Position numbers and translations under genes: made by a program | Shown: positions 63,434 to 64,000 of the stretch, piece by piece | Layout of the letters: every line of letters starts with the position of its first letter | Position numbering within the stretch: the first letter of the stretch is position 1 | From: Oscillospiraceae bacterium Zagget6 | GTDB taxonomy: Bacteria; Bacillota; Clostridia; Oscillospirales; Oscillospiraceae | Direction: 5' to 3' | NCBI GenBank assembly: GCA_001941075.1 | Contig: MSHH01000006.1 | Coordinates: forward strand, 20,062-84,061 | DNA: 64,000 nt | The notes under the pieces: model-generated | Database searches by the model: none | The model's input: the letters and a program-made list of their open reading frames with translations, nothing else | Told to the model about the DNA's origin: nothing

Positions 63434-64000
63434 ATGGCAAAGCTGACGCGGGATTTTTTTGACCGGGACACGGTGACGGTGGCGAAAGAGTTGGTGGGGA
63501 CCTATCTGGTGCGGGTCTGGCAGGGAGAGCGGCTGGTCTGCCGCCTGACGGAGACGGAGGCGTATGTTGGTCCCATCGACAAGGGCTGCCACGCTTACCA
63601 GTACCGGCGCACCGCCCGGACGGAACCGCTGTTCGCCGCCCCCGGCCACACCTATGTCTACCTGATTTACGGGATGTACCACTGTCTGAACCTGGTCACG
63701 GAGCCGGAGGGGGAACCCTGCGCCGTGTTGCTGCGGGGCGGCAGTCCCCGGCTGGGCGGGGAGACCATCTCCCGCCTGCGCTATGGGAAGCCCCTCCGGG
63801 AACTGACCGCCTACCAGCGGAAAAACTTCCTCAACGGCCCCGGCAAGCTGTGCAAGGGCCTGGCCCTGACGAGGGAACACAACCTGTTGGATATTACAAC
63901 CAGCGAGGAGCTGTATGTCGTCTCGTCCCTGGCCGACCTGGGTCTGGAGGAGGAACCTGCCCCCGGCCCCATGCAGGTGGGCAAGCGCATCGGCATCGAC
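63434..64000 (+). CDS. mpg: DNA-3-methyladenine glycosylase (3'-truncated by window; absent from the ORF track)
   Basis: ATG 63434: MAKLTRDFF...ETEAY...YVYLIYGMYHCLN...NGPGKLC...RIGI. Confidence 0.92.
   Translation, partial: MAKLTRDFFDRDTVTVAKELVGTYLVRVWQGERLVCRLTETEAYVGPIDKGCHAYQYRRTARTEPLFAAPGHTYVYLIYGMYHCLNLVTEPEGEPCAVLLRGGSPRLGGETISRLRYGKPLRELTAYQRKNFLNGPGKLCKGLALTREHNLLDITTSEELYVVSSLADLGLEEEPAPGPMQVGKRIGID

Overview
GC-rich Clostridia-type (probably Oscillospiraceae-like; inferred from gene content and sigma-A promoters) chromosomal window. Housekeeping content: beta-glucoside PTS/GH1, Rex-boxed crt-hbd-bcd-etfBA, murB-rapZ-whiA, PBP1A, hom/lysC, glnS, murC, tRNA-Leu(CAG), tRNA-Gln(CTG), sulfate ABC transporter, Asn T-box aspS-gatCAB, citrate synthase, ung, mpg. 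The standout is a ~10-kb extracytosolic flavinylation locus (3.3-13.4 kb). It encodes a ~1570-aa surface protein (FMN-binding, Tp47-like, FIVAR and FN3 domains), ApbE, a six-domain multi-FMN protein, a single-FMN protein and a NapH-like FeS membrane protein. It carries up to 11 candidate FMN sites, 7 of them non-canonical ([ST]NAT/TSAT), and sits behind four DtxR-like palindromes. Other notable items: a yybP-ykoY riboswitch in front of an internally deleted feoAB, a kinase-TM-LRR receptor with PP2C, a heptamer-armed MITE-like repeat family, a REP-flanked AT-rich orphan, an IS1595 relic beside tRNA-Gln, and LacI-type operators on the sulfate transporter. All calls are by eye; no searches were run.
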